DNA from: an uncultured Candidatus Binatia bacterium
Lineage (GTDB): Bacteria; Desulfobacterota; Binatia; Bin18
Assembly: GCA_965200965.1 (NCBI GenBank)
Contig: OZ241744.1
Location: 1,376,001-1,440,000 of the forward strand
Direction of reading: 5' to 3'
Length of the DNA stretch: 64,000 nt
Shown here: piece after piece, positions 1 to 10,228 of the stretch
How the letters are laid out: every line of letters starts with the position of its first letter
Numbering within the stretch: position 1 is the first letter of the stretch
Translations under genes and position numbers: made by a program
The notes under the pieces: model-generated
The model's input: the letters and a program-made list of their open reading frames with translations, nothing else
Database searches by the model: none
What the model was told of the DNA's origin: nothing

Positions 1-207
1 AGCCCCCGCACGGCGCACATCGCCAGCTACGCCCTGTGCGGCTTTGCCAACTTCGCCTCGATCGGCGTACAAATCGGTGCCCTGCGGGTGTTAGTGCCAG
101 ACCGACGCGGCGAGGTCAGCCGCCTAGCCGTGCCAGCGATGATCGGCGGCGCACTAGCCTCGTGGCTCACCGCGTGTATCGCCGCGCTGTTCCTCCCCTT
201 CGACTAA
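1..207 (+). CDS. NupC/CNT-family nucleoside transporter, C-terminal part (5'-truncated by window)
   Basis: Frame +1 reads ...IASYALCGFANFASIGVQIGAL...AMIGGALASWLTACIAALFLPFD*; the YALCGFANFxSIG motif is typical of CNT/NupC. Not in the ORF track. Confidence 0.85.
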   Translation, partial: SPRTAHIASYALCGFANFASIGVQIGALRVLVPDRRGEVSRLAVPAMIGGALASWLTACIAALFLPFD

Positions 208-1964
208 GCCGAGGCGTTCCCTGGCTCGGGCTTGGCGGGGACCATCTGCTGTCCCTGCAGGGCCTCCTGGAGAACCTGCCACACCTCGCGCTCATCCTGG
301 GCGTGTTCCAGGCGAGTGCGAACCTGTTCCTGGCCCATCTCGCGCGCCAGGGCGGCCAGGATTTGGAGTTGTAAGCCGTCATCGGCCACCGGTGTCAGGA
401 GCAGGAAAACCAGATGGACGGGCAGGCCGTCGGGCGCGTCCCATTCGACCCCATACCCGGAGCGGCCAAACACCAGCAGCGGTCTGGTCAAATGCTCCAG
501 CCGGGCGTGGGGGATAGCCAGCCCGCTGCCCAGTCCGGTTCCCATCAGCTCTTCCCGGTCGTTCACCGCGGCAAAGACGCTGTCGGCAGCCAGACCCTGA
601 CCGGGCGGGGCGTGCTCGGCCAGGGCTTGGCACAGCTCCTGCACAACCGCCCCACGGGTGGTCCCGCGCAGGTTGGCAATCAGTGCCCCGCGGAGGAAAA
701 ACTCAAGGATATGGATTTCCTGTCGGCGTCGCACCGACCACAGCAGCCACGGGCCGACCAGCAGCGAGGAGATAATGGTCGAAACAATAATGGCCACAAA
801 AACGGGCACAGTCAGGATGTTATACTCGAGCGCCACCGCGGCCACCACAATGCCGGTCACTCCGCTGGGCGTGAACGCAATGCCGATCGACACCCGGTCC
901 ACCCGCGACAGACCTGTGCCAAAGGTCCCCAGCCAGGCCCCAAGATATTTCCCGCCAATGGACACCACGGTGACAAACACGGCCAGGAAGGCGTCAAAGT
1001 TCTCAAAGAAGTCAATCCGCAGGGCAAGGCCGGCAAAATACAGCGGGACAAAAATCGCGTGGACCATCTGGGTCAGAATCAGGCGAATCCGCTCAGACAG
1101 CGTGTGGGCATGACCAGCCATGATCCCGGCCAGGAAGAAGCCGAGCAGCGCGGTCAGACCGATCCAGGCCGTGACCGCCCCGCACAGCAGGCCCAGACAG
1201 CACACAAACGACAGCACCGCCCCGGGCTGCTGGAGGAGGAGGTGATCGATAAACGCTACCGCCCGCAGGCCGACCGTCAGACACAGGCCGGTAAAGGCGA
1301 CCGTGACCAGCAGCAGACCGCCGACCGAGCCGATGTCCAGGACTGCCTGGGTGGCCGCGGCCAGCACCAGGCTGAAGATGACAAAGGCCAGGATATCGTT
1401 GACCGCATAGCCGCACAGGGTCAGCAGGCCCAGGTCGGTTTTGATGAGGTCCAGGTCGTGCAGCACCCGGGCAATAATGACCATAGCGCTGATCGCCATA
1501 GTCGTGCCCAAAAACAGGGCAAAGGAGATGCGCCGCTCGGGCGCTGCCAGATAGCTGTCGGGCAAGAGCAGCGACAGCCCAAAGCCGACCAGGAGCGGGA
1601 CGACGACCCCGATAATGCCGATCCGCAGCGCTGGACCGCGCTTGTGCCAGGCGGCCACCACGTCAACCTCAAGGCCAGTTTCCAGCAGCAGGAACAGGAC
1701 GCCGAACCAAGCCACCGTCTCCAGCATGGCCTGCTGGATGGGGTCGGGCGGGAAGAGGCCGGCGTACAGACCAGGCAGGAGCCGGCCCAGCACAGTCGGC
1801 CCCAGGAAGACGCCGACCAGAATTTCTCCGACCAACGGGGGATGACCCCAGCGGCGCAGGACTTCTCCACAGCCCCGGGCCAGGGCCAGCAACAGCAGGA
1901 CCTGGAGCAGAAAGATGAGCAGATGATGCTCGCTGAGGACTGGCTCTTGAGTGGCCATAGGCAA
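204..1964 (-). CDS. Cation:proton antiporter (CPA2/Kef-like) fused to a C-terminal PTS IIA (Fru/Ntr-type) domain
   Basis: Multi-TM N-terminal region (GEILVGVFLGP, LLLETGLEVD, AVND) plus C-terminal REELMGTGLGSGLAIPHAR...WDAPDGLPVHLVFLLL. Confidence 0.85.
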   Translation of the reverse strand: MPMATQEPVLSEHHLLIFLLQVLLLLALARGCGEVLRRWGHPPLVGEILVGVFLGPTVLGRLLPGLYAGLFPPDPIQQAMLETVAWFGVLFLLLETGLEVDVVAAWHKRGPALRIGIIGVVVPLLVGFGLSLLLPDSYLAAPERRISFALFLGTTMAISAMVIIARVLHDLDLIKTDLGLLTLCGYAVNDILAFVIFSLVLAAATQAVLDIGSVGGLLLVTVAFTGLCLTVGLRAVAFIDHLLLQQPGAVLSFVCCLGLLCGAVTAWIGLTALLGFFLAGIMAGHAHTLSERIRLILTQMVHAIFVPLYFAGLALRIDFFENFDAFLAVFVTVVSIGGKYLGAWLGTFGTGLSRVDRVSIGIAFTPSGVTGIVVAAVALEYNILTVPVFVAIIVSTIISSLLVGPWLLWSVRRRQEIHILEFFLRGALIANLRGTTRGAVVQELCQALAEHAPPGQGLAADSVFAAVNDREELMGTGLGSGLAIPHARLEHLTRPLLVFGRSGYGVEWDAPDGLPVHLVFLLLTPVADDGLQLQILAALAREMGQEQVRTRLEHAQDEREVWQVLQEALQGQQMVPAKPEPGNASA

Positions 1965-2077
1965 AACCCCGTCAGCGCTTCTTATAGCCTATCTGCCAGT
2001 TTTCGTCGTGCTCCTCACGCGGCCCCCGCGCGTGTCTTTTCATTTGGGCCGAGACGCGCCGTACTGCGCAGAAATGG

Positions 2078-2223
2078 TTCAACGCCAGCGGGATGGGTAC
2101 GCCGGGATGACCTAGCCCCCTTTGAGGCCTGCCAGCGGGACTATGCCGGCCGCCGGGTCCGCAAAGAAAATCATTGTGCTCAACCACGAGATTGAGACGG
2201 TGTTGGAGGTGTATCATGTCTAA
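2078..2223 (+). pseudogene. Remnant of benzoate/anthranilate-type Rieske dioxygenase alpha and beta subunit genes
   Basis: FNASGMGTP-(+1 nt)-DDLAPFEACQRDYAG resembles the BenA/AntA C-terminal motif; KKIIVLNHEIETVLEVYHV* resembles the BenB/AntB C-terminus. Confidence 0.55.
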
Positions 2224-2310
2224 GACGGGGTCGGCATGTGCCCGGATTCCAATGCTGGCCCATCAGCGCAGAGATGCCTGGGCACGCGCTCCTCTGGTCT
2301 CCGGCCGGCC

Positions 2311-3570
2311 TCAGGCATCAAGCGAGCGTGACGAAAAGACCGCCCAATTCAGCCGCCCCGCCTTATGCAGCAGGACGGCCAGGACGCACCAGAACACCTG
2401 TACGCCGACCGCCGCGCTCCACAGAAACCACGACAGTTTCTGGACCAGCGCACACAGCAGGATAATGATGGAGTAGTCGCGGCTGGTCAGCCCCTCGATC
2501 ATCTGCCGGATAACCGCATTCTCCCAGCCGCCCTGCTTTTTGCCTTGCTCCTCGGTCTTCTCAGCCATGGTGACAAAAGGAAAACAGATCGCCGCCCCAA
2601 CGGCCAACGCTCCGCCAAGGAACGGCGCATAGCTGGCACCGCCCTGTTTCCAGACCGCAATACCCACCCCCACAAAGATGGCGATATGCACAACGGTATC
2701 AAGGGTGATATCGAGCCACGCCCCCAGGGGCGACTCCAGAAACTTCACCCGGGCGACCTCGCCGTCAATGCAGTCCACCACCGCGGAAAACTGCAACAGC
2801 AGGCCGCCCAGAATTAGCCAGCCATAGCCTCCGCCCCAAAAGCAGGCCGCCCCGAGCAGACCGATGCCGCACGAGAGCAGGGTGATATGATTGGGCGTCA
2901 GCGGGGTGCGGAGCAGCAGGCGGGTTAGGGGACGCGATAGCTTCCGATTGAGATAGGCGTCAACTAGGCCGTCTTTGGGGTTTGGCAGAGATAGCAGCAG
3001 GGCTTTCTCAATGTCGTCTACCAGGCCGGGACGAGACACCTGGGCCAAAAAATAGCCGTCGGCAGAAAAGCGCTGCACCTCTTCTCCCCAACCTCCCCCG
3101 GCCAGCCCGAGACCCGCGGTCCGCAGCCGCGCCACCGCGGTCGGCAGGCTGCGCAGCGGGAAGAGCACAAGGCGGTAGCCCGGCGGCTCTCCGCCCACCG
3201 CACAGACGCCCTGCGGCGTCGCAGCCTTGGCTAAGTCGCGGCCCAAGTTGGCCGAAAACACGGTCTGGACCTCAAAGGCAAGACACTGCTCGCCGCTCGG
3301 CCCGGCAGGCAACGAGACGGGAGGCGTCTCGTTGCCTGCCGGGCCGAGCCACACCAGCTCAGCATTCAGGCACGGGTCGTCGGACAGCGACTGACGCAGC
3401 CGGCGCGTCTGCCCGGCGGTTTGATTGGAGAGCAGATAACAGGTTTTTGCACCCGCGCGCTGGGCAGTCAAAATCGCCCGTTTGAGCAGAGACAGCCCGC
3501 CGAGCATGGTGAGCGGACGACAGTGTGTCGGTAACACAATGACAGCAGCGCGAATCATAGACATTCTCAT
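2311..3570 (-). CDS. CDP-alcohol phosphatidyltransferase with degenerate N-terminal nucleotidyltransferase-like domain
   Basis: TPNHIT and DCIDGEVAR...GAWLDITLD CDP-alcohol phosphotransferase signature; N-terminal LGGLSLLKRAILTAQRAG. Confidence 0.8.
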   Translation of the reverse strand: MRMSMIRAAVIVLPTHCRPLTMLGGLSLLKRAILTAQRAGAKTCYLLSNQTAGQTRRLRQSLSDDPCLNAELVWLGPAGNETPPVSLPAGPSGEQCLAFEVQTVFSANLGRDLAKAATPQGVCAVGGEPPGYRLVLFPLRSLPTAVARLRTAGLGLAGGGWGEEVQRFSADGYFLAQVSRPGLVDDIEKALLLSLPNPKDGLVDAYLNRKLSRPLTRLLLRTPLTPNHITLLSCGIGLLGAACFWGGGYGWLILGGLLLQFSAVVDCIDGEVARVKFLESPLGAWLDITLDTVVHIAIFVGVGIAVWKQGGASYAPFLGGALAVGAAICFPFVTMAEKTEEQGKKQGGWENAVIRQMIEGLTSRDYSIIILLCALVQKLSWFLWSAAVGVQVFWCVLAVLLHKAGRLNWAVFSSRSLDA

Positions 3571-3622
3571 TCTGCGGGCGACTCCCCGCTACCACCTGTG
3601 TCAGAGAGGCCGTGCAGATGTC

Positions 3623-5647
3623 TTATAGCTCATCCTCCAGGTCGGCCAGCCACTGCGCGACGTAAGCGTCGCTCGGCATACGCCAGTCGCCGCGGGGCGA
3701 CAGACTGACCGAACCGACCTTTGGTCCGTCCGGCAGACACGAGCGTTTGTACTGACTGGCAAAGAAGCGGCGCAGAAAGACCTTCAGCCAATGCCGGATG
3801 TCTTGGGGCGAGTAGGGCCGACTGAAACGGGCCTGACCGGCCAAGTACAAAATCTTGGACGGAGCGGCACCATAGCGCAGAAAATGGAACAGAAAGAAGT
3901 CGTGCAATTCGTATGGACCAACGATGTCTTCCGTCTCTTGGACCATGTCGCCGACCGGGTTGGGGGGTAGCAGTTCAGGCGAGATTGGGGTCTCAAGCAC
4001 CGCCCGGAACGTTGTCTTGACGGATCCGCTGAACTCGTGCTCGGCCGCCCAGGCGACCAGAAAACGGACGAGGGTTTTGGGAATGCCGACATTCGGATTA
4101 TACATGCTCATGTGGTCGGCGTTATACGTCGCCCAGCCCAGGGCCAACTCAGACAAGTCTCCGGTACCAATCACAAAGGCACTGTTCATCAACAGGCTGG
4201 TCCGCATCCGGGCTTGGACATTCTCAAAAACCAGATCGTGCCGAGCCTCGGGCGGGAGCTGCCTGAGTTGCTGGCTCAGGGTTTCGACACTCAGCCCATC
4301 AAGCCCTATCCCAAACGGCTTGTGGCCGAGGGCCCGCATTGCATCCAGACACAGCTGGCGAATATCAATCTGACAGCTCAATACGCCGAGCTGGCGCATC
4401 AGGTCGGTCGCGTTTTTTCTGGTGCGCTGGGTGGTCCCGTAGCCAGGCATGGTGAAGGCCCGAATGTGGCGGCGCGGCATCCCAAGCCAATCCGCGGTGC
4501 GACATGCCACCAAAAGAGCCAGGGTGGAGTCCAAGCCGCCCGACACGCCGATCGCCACCGGAGGGGTGTTGAGGTGGCGCAGACGCGAGCCCAGACCCGC
4601 GACCTGGATACGAAAGATCTCTTCGCAGCGCTCGCGCAGATCATCTTGACCCGAGGGGACGAAGGGGTGAGCCGCAACCGGTCGGACCAGACGGGCCGGG
4701 GCCGGACGCGGAGCGCAGGCAAACAGCGCCCGCCGCAGGATCGGCAGCCGGGCGCTCCGACTGTCGTGAAAACTGCCCATCCGCAGCCGGTCGGCGTGTA
4801 AGCGTTCGAGGTCAATATCGGCCATACACACCGCCTCGTCCCCGGCGAAGGGCCCGGATTCGGCCAGCAGGGTGCCGTTTTCGGCGATCAGGCAGTGCCC
4901 GCCGAAGACCAGATCGGTGCTGGATTCCCCACCCCCACAGGCGCTGTAGACATAGGCGGCGATACACCGGGCCGCCTGGCCGCTCACAAGCTGGCGGCGG
5001 TAGGCGGCCTTGCTCGTGCCCTCAGTGCTGCCCGACAGATTGACCAGAACGGTTGCCCCGTCCACGGCCTGGCGTGAGCTGGGCGGCTGCGGAACCCACA
5101 GGTCTTCACAAATCTCAACGCCGAGAACGAGTTGCTCCCAGCCGTCGGCCGCAAAGAGCAGGTCAGTGCCAAACGGGACCGGTCGGCCGAACACGACGAT
5201 CTCCGCGCTTGGGGCGGCAGAAGCCGGCGCAAACCACCGCCGTTCATAGAACTCCCGATAAGTGGGCAAAAAAGACTTGGGCACAATCCCTAGCAACGCC
5301 CCCTGGTACATGACTGCCGCGCAGTTGAAAAGCTGCCCCTCAGCGGCTAGCGGAAGGCCGACCACGGCCAGCCCCAAAAACCGCCGGGCGGTGTGTTCAA
5401 TGAGGCCTGCCAGGGCGCTTAGCGCCGCCTGCTGGAGGCGCTGCTGATGAAACAGATCGGCGCAGGTATAGCCGGTCAGACAGAGCTCGGGAAAAACCAG
5501 GACAGCCACATCTTGCTGTTGGGCGCGTTCCATCATGGCCAGGATACGCTGGGCGTTGAAGCCGCAGTCGGCAACCCGGACCGCCGGCGAAGCCGTCGCA
5601 ACCCGGACAAATCCAAACCCGGCGCGGTCGGCGAATGACACGGACAT
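3623..5647 (-). CDS. nadE: Glutamine-dependent NAD(+) synthetase
   Basis: Nitrilase domain (FPEL, PKSFLP, EICEDLW) plus SGGLDS and KRSCLPDGPKVGSVSLSPRGDWRMPSD. Confidence 0.95.
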   Translation of the reverse strand: MSVSFADRAGFGFVRVATASPAVRVADCGFNAQRILAMMERAQQQDVAVLVFPELCLTGYTCADLFHQQRLQQAALSALAGLIEHTARRFLGLAVVGLPLAAEGQLFNCAAVMYQGALLGIVPKSFLPTYREFYERRWFAPASAAPSAEIVVFGRPVPFGTDLLFAADGWEQLVLGVEICEDLWVPQPPSSRQAVDGATVLVNLSGSTEGTSKAAYRRQLVSGQAARCIAAYVYSACGGGESSTDLVFGGHCLIAENGTLLAESGPFAGDEAVCMADIDLERLHADRLRMGSFHDSRSARLPILRRALFACAPRPAPARLVRPVAAHPFVPSGQDDLRERCEEIFRIQVAGLGSRLRHLNTPPVAIGVSGGLDSTLALLVACRTADWLGMPRRHIRAFTMPGYGTTQRTRKNATDLMRQLGVLSCQIDIRQLCLDAMRALGHKPFGIGLDGLSVETLSQQLRQLPPEARHDLVFENVQARMRTSLLMNSAFVIGTGDLSELALGWATYNADHMSMYNPNVGIPKTLVRFLVAWAAEHEFSGSVKTTFRAVLETPISPELLPPNPVGDMVQETEDIVGPYELHDFFLFHFLRYGAAPSKILYLAGQARFSRPYSPQDIRHWLKVFLRRFFASQYKRSCLPDGPKVGSVSLSPRGDWRMPSDAYVAQWLADLEDEL

Positions 5648-5687
5648 GCTCTTCCTCGGCCCAAAGGCTCCGGGTCAACTCGAAGCG

Positions 5688-6089
5688 TTAGGAGAGACGG
5701 TCGAAATGGACCTCAATATGCCTTGACTGGACACGTTTTTCGAGGGCACGTCGGAGAGACAGCTTGAGGGCGCTCCGGGTGGGCGGAAACAGGAGGCCCA
5801 GACCAAGCGCATCGGTCAAGACGCCGGGTGTAATCAGCAACAGGCCGGCGACCAGGATCAGGACCCCGTCGATCAATTCATGGGTCGGCGTCACCCCCCG
5901 CTGCCACTCGGTCTGGATCTTACGCCATATCCGCCAGCCTTCCAGTCGGGCCAGATACGCCCCGGCCATACCTGTGCCAAGAACGAGCAGGATGGTCGGT
6001 CCGGCCCCGAGGTAGCTCCCGATGGTCAGGAGCAGGTAGAGTTCAATCAGGGGCAGAAAGGTGAAGAGGAGGAGAAGGCGTAGGAACAT
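5688..6089 (-). CDS. fxsA: FxsA family membrane protein
   Basis: MFLRLLLLFTFLPLIELYLL...LLITPGVLTDALG; start moved to ATG at 6089. Confidence 0.85.
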   Translation of the reverse strand: MFLRLLLLFTFLPLIELYLLLTIGSYLGAGPTILLVLGTGMAGAYLARLEGWRIWRKIQTEWQRGVTPTHELIDGVLILVAGLLLITPGVLTDALGLGLLFPPTRSALKLSLRRALEKRVQSRHIEVHFDRLS

Positions 6090-6281
6090 GGACTCAGTGA
6101 AACAAAACATAGCCCAAATGTCAAAAGGCATAAGGCCGCAGCTCACACGCCCTATGCCTTGGAAGCTCGCCAAGCCGTTGGCACGACGCAAGCGAATGTG
6201 TCAGAATGTGTGCAAAGATTGTATTCGCCATGTTCCAGACGTGCTGACCCTTGTTCTCAACACACAGGAAGACGGACTCAC

Positions 6282-9005
6282 ATGAGGAAACTGATTGTCT
6301 TTGGCCTCATACTCTTGCTGCTGCTCGGCGGTCTGATCGGCTTTGCCGCCTCAAATCTCAACAGTCTTGTCAACGCCAGTAAAGACCGGCTGTTGGCCCA
6401 GGCTGAGCGGGCGCTGGGCCGCACGCTACAGATTGGAGAAATTGAGATCAGTCTGTGGGGTGGGGTGGGGGCCCGGCTGCAAAACGTGGCTCTGGCCGAT
6501 GACCCGGCCTTTTCCTCGGAGACTTTTGTCCAAGCAACAGAGGTGCAGGTCAAGGTCAAGCTCATGCCGCTTCTCAGGCAAGAGATTGAGGTCAGGCGGG
6601 TCAGTGTGCGTGATCCGGTCATTCGGGTGATTCGCAACGCCGAGGGCGTGTTCAATTTTGCCAGCCTGGTGAAAGGGGAGACGCGGGACGCTCCGCCCCA
6701 AACTTCTGAGGCCACACCGGCGAGCAGCGCGACGAGCGGTGCGGACGGTCTTCCGCTGTTGTTGGTGGCGCTGGCCAACATCTCTAACGGCGATATTCAC
6801 TACACCGATCAGGGCACGAATACTGAACTCCGTGTCAGCCAGATTGACCTCGAAGTCGAGGACCTCAGCTTTGATCAGCCTCTCAGCCTGGAGTTGGCCG
6901 CGGCCCTGCTGTCCAAACGGCCGAACCTCCACCTGGCGGGCAGCTTCGGCCCGCTAGGCCGAGAGGCCGAACTCCTGGCCGTTGACGCCAGCCTGAGGCT
7001 GGATCCGCTCGATAGTGCCGTCCTGCCTCAGGCACTCCCCCAGCTCGCCGATGCACTCCCGCCCGGCCTCGGCCTGTCCGGCCCGCTGCGCGTCAGCAGC
7101 CGCATATCGGGGACTGTCAGAGCCCTGATGGTGTCGGATTTGCGGCTGACGGCGGCGGTGTTTGAGTCCGACCAAGCCAATCTCCAGGTGACGGGTGAGG
7201 CAGGCCCGCTGGCCCCCGATATGGCCGCGCTGAGCCTCAAGACCGATATTGCCCTGGGGCCGGTCGGTCTGCCCCAGCTGCTGCAATTTGCCCCGCTGGC
7301 CGAATATCTCCCGGCCCAACTCAGTGCTGAGGGTAGGGCCGCGGTGACGGTCCATGCTGAGGGCCGGCTGAACAATCTGGCCCTCACCGCAACAGTTGAC
7401 GCAACGGACAGCGCGCTTCAGTTTGGAGGCCAGTTTCAGAAACCCCAGGGCACGCGCCTGGTCGCGTCAACCAACGCCCGCCTGACACCAGAGCGCGTCG
7501 CAGTACAAGGGGCAAAAATCCAGATGCACACGCTTGCGCTGACAAGTCACGGTGAGCTCACCCTTGGCAAACCCCTGGGTCTGGACCTGCACCTGGACTC
7601 CAATACTGTTGACCTAGCCGGCTGGCAAGAGATTTTGCCCGAGATGCGAGCGTTTTCTCCTGGAGGCCAGATGGAGCTGGACTTCCATATCAAGGCGACC
7701 GAAGAAGGGCGGCCCACAATTACGGGGACGCTTGACCTCCGCGAGGCAAGCGCGAGTCTGGCCCAACTCCCCCAGCCGGTGACCGCCTTGAACACCTCGC
7801 TGACCTTTACCGGTCAAGGTGCCGACATCCAAAACGCCTCGGCCCAGCTCGGCGGCTCGGCCCTCGAGTTTACCGCCAGCGTTGCGCGTTTCAGTCCCCT
7901 GAAGGCCAGCTATCGTCTGCGTTCACCCGAGCTGTGGCTGGCCGATGTCCAGGCCGGCGACGGCTGGCCGTCAGCTTCTGATGTGCTGCGCGATTTCACG
8001 AGCGAGGGTCGGCTGCGGCTGGAGAACAAACGGCTGGCGTTCAACGCCACCCTCTCATCCACCCACGGCCGGCTGGTCAATGTGGACTATAGCGATATCC
8101 ATACGGCGCTGGCCGCACTCGACCGGACCGTCAGGCTTGAGCTACTCAGCCTGCACACCTTGGGCGGCTCTGTCAGCGCCTCGGGCCGTTACGAGATGGG
8201 CGCAGCCCCGCCCCGGTTCCAGTTCGCTTCACAACTTACCCGGATTGAGTTGGCCGGGCTGTTCAAAGCCTACCTGCCGGGGGCGCTTGACGCGGCGCGC
8301 GGCACGGCCAGTTTGACCCTGGGCCTGACAGGCCACGGCCGGGACTGGCCGGCGATACAAGCCAGCTTGGACGGTCAGGGCGAGTTGGAGGTCACAGACG
8401 GGGCACTGGTCAATATGAACATTGCCGACGAGGTGCTGAGGAGGCTCAGCGGGATTCCCGGTCTCACAGCGCTCATCTCTCCGGAAGTGCGAGCCAGATA
8501 TCCGGCCCTGTTCAGCCGCCACGGGACCGAGTTTTCCCGGCTCGGCAGCCAGTTCCGCCTCAGCCAGGGCAAAATCCTGCTTGACGCAGCGCGTCTGGAC
8601 GCGGCCGGCTATGCGGCCCGAGGCAAGGGCTGGCTGGACTATGAACAGAACATTGATTTTCAGGGCCAACTGATTCTGGCCAAAGATCTGTCACAGGACA
8701 TACAGGCCAGCGTGAGGCTGGCCAGCCTGCTCAGCAACGCTCAGGGACAGATCACGCTCCCCTTTGCGCTGAGCGGCAACCTGCCCGGTGTAAAACCCGT
8801 CCCGGATGTTGCGGCTGTGGCCCAGCGGGTGCAACACGGCGTCGTCACCAGCGGCCTTGAAGCCTTGCAGGAAAAAGTCCTGGACAAGCTCCTGCCCCCA
8901 CCACCGGACGAAGACACGCACCCCGAGCAGGAGGATTCCCCTACCGGCCCGGTCACGCCCCAGGATATGTTGAGAGAAGGCTTGGAGGGACTGTTTGGAC
9001 GTTAG
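6282..9005 (+). CDS. AsmA family protein
   Basis: N-terminal TM anchor, ALGRTLQIGEIEISLW and beta-rich repeats, AsmA-like C-terminus; start at ATG 6282. Confidence 0.8.
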   Translation: MRKLIVFGLILLLLLGGLIGFAASNLNSLVNASKDRLLAQAERALGRTLQIGEIEISLWGGVGARLQNVALADDPAFSSETFVQATEVQVKVKLMPLLRQEIEVRRVSVRDPVIRVIRNAEGVFNFASLVKGETRDAPPQTSEATPASSATSGADGLPLLLVALANISNGDIHYTDQGTNTELRVSQIDLEVEDLSFDQPLSLELAAALLSKRPNLHLAGSFGPLGREAELLAVDASLRLDPLDSAVLPQALPQLADALPPGLGLSGPLRVSSRISGTVRALMVSDLRLTAAVFESDQANLQVTGEAGPLAPDMAALSLKTDIALGPVGLPQLLQFAPLAEYLPAQLSAEGRAAVTVHAEGRLNNLALTATVDATDSALQFGGQFQKPQGTRLVASTNARLTPERVAVQGAKIQMHTLALTSHGELTLGKPLGLDLHLDSNTVDLAGWQEILPEMRAFSPGGQMELDFHIKATEEGRPTITGTLDLREASASLAQLPQPVTALNTSLTFTGQGADIQNASAQLGGSALEFTASVARFSPLKASYRLRSPELWLADVQAGDGWPSASDVLRDFTSEGRLRLENKRLAFNATLSSTHGRLVNVDYSDIHTALAALDRTVRLELLSLHTLGGSVSASGRYEMGAAPPRFQFASQLTRIELAGLFKAYLPGALDAARGTASLTLGLTGHGRDWPAIQASLDGQGELEVTDGALVNMNIADEVLRRLSGIPGLTALISPEVRARYPALFSRHGTEFSRLGSQFRLSQGKILLDAARLDAAGYAARGKGWLDYEQNIDFQGQLILAKDLSQDIQASVRLASLLSNAQGQITLPFALSGNLPGVKPVPDVAAVAQRVQHGVVTSGLEALQEKVLDKLLPPPPDEDTHPEQEDSPTGPVTPQDMLREGLEGLFGR

Positions 9006-9014
9006 AGCGGCCTC

Positions 9015-10055
9015 TCAGCCCTCCTGTCGGCCTAAGAGTTGGCCGATCGCCCGCTCCAGATGTCGGACCCGGCGGACCAGCTCGGGCAACTTGGGGAGGA
9101 CGGCCGAGTACCGACGCCAGGAGAAGATGTCAACCGCGGGATAGCCACCAATAACGGTGTCGGGCGGGACATCGTTGGGAATGCCGCTCTTGGCCGCCAC
9201 CCGCGTCTTCTCACCAATCGTTAAGTGGCCGGCAACCCCGACTTGGCCCCCCATCTGCACCCCTGCCCCGACTTTTGTGCTCCCGGACAGCCCGACCTGG
9301 GCAGCCAACAGCACGCCTTGACCAAGCTCACAGCCGTGGGCAACCATCACCAGATTATCGATTTTGCTCCCACGGCCGATCCGCGTTGCCCCCAGGGTAG
9401 CCCGGTCAACCGTGGTGTTTGTGCCGATTTCAACCTCATCCTCAAGAACCACATGACCGGTCTGCGGATTCGGCACAACCGTCCCATCGGGAAGCGGCAC
9501 ATAGCCGAAGCCGTCTCCACCGATGACTGCCCCACTTTGCAGGACGACCCCATGCCCGATACGGCTGCCCTCGCGCACCACCACCCCGGCGTGGGCGGTA
9601 AACCGGTCTCCAATCGTCACCCGGGGATAAATGACGACATGGGCGGCGATGCGGGCATCCTGGCCAATCACCACCTCGTCTCCAACCACGGCATACGGCC
9701 CGATCGAAGCACCGCCGCCGATCTGAGCCGAAGGTGCGATCACGGCCGTTGGATGAATCCCTGGCGGGGGAACATAGGGCGGATAAAACCAGCCCAAGAC
9801 CCGGGAAAGGGCCAGGGCCGGATTGGCCACCCGGACAAGGGCAAGCCTGCCCTCAAGCTGCTCAAGCGGCATCTCCTCGGCCACCAGGACAGCCGCCGCC
9901 TTGGTCAGCGGCAGTTTGGCCGCATACTTTGTATTGGTCAAAAAGGTCAAATCTCCCGGCTCGGCCTCTTCGCTTCCCCTGACGCCGACAATCTCAAGCG
10001 CGGCGTTGCCGTGCAGTTCGGCACCCAGCCGCTCGGCGATCTCTCCAAGTTTCAT
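9015..10055 (-). CDS. lpxD: UDP-3-O-(3-hydroxyacyl)glucosamine N-acyltransferase
   Basis: Hexapeptide repeats, GGDGFGY, EIGTNTTVDRA, KIDNLVMVAHG. Confidence 0.95.
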   Translation of the reverse strand: MKLGEIAERLGAELHGNAALEIVGVRGSEEAEPGDLTFLTNTKYAAKLPLTKAAAVLVAEEMPLEQLEGRLALVRVANPALALSRVLGWFYPPYVPPPGIHPTAVIAPSAQIGGGASIGPYAVVGDEVVIGQDARIAAHVVIYPRVTIGDRFTAHAGVVVREGSRIGHGVVLQSGAVIGGDGFGYVPLPDGTVVPNPQTGHVVLEDEVEIGTNTTVDRATLGATRIGRGSKIDNLVMVAHGCELGQGVLLAAQVGLSGSTKVGAGVQMGGQVGVAGHLTIGEKTRVAAKSGIPNDVPPDTVIGGYPAVDIFSWRRYSAVLPKLPELVRRVRHLERAIGQLLGRQEG

Positions 10056-10228
10056 CTGACCTGTCCTTTCTCTGGCGTCCCGCGGGTCGTGCCCAACTGC
10101 CCCAGCCCGACATAGCAGGGTCAGCAGAAAACCACCATCCGCCAGCACTTTGCTTGTCACTCCCTGCCCCGTATGTTAGGAACACCAGTTGGCTTCAACC
10201 AAAATCCGTGAGAAATGCAGAGGCCTTC

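Noticed and set aside
414-2195. 593-aa plus-strand ORF
   Set aside because: Antisense shadow of the antiporter gene in GC-rich DNA; only its last codons touch the dioxygenase remnant.
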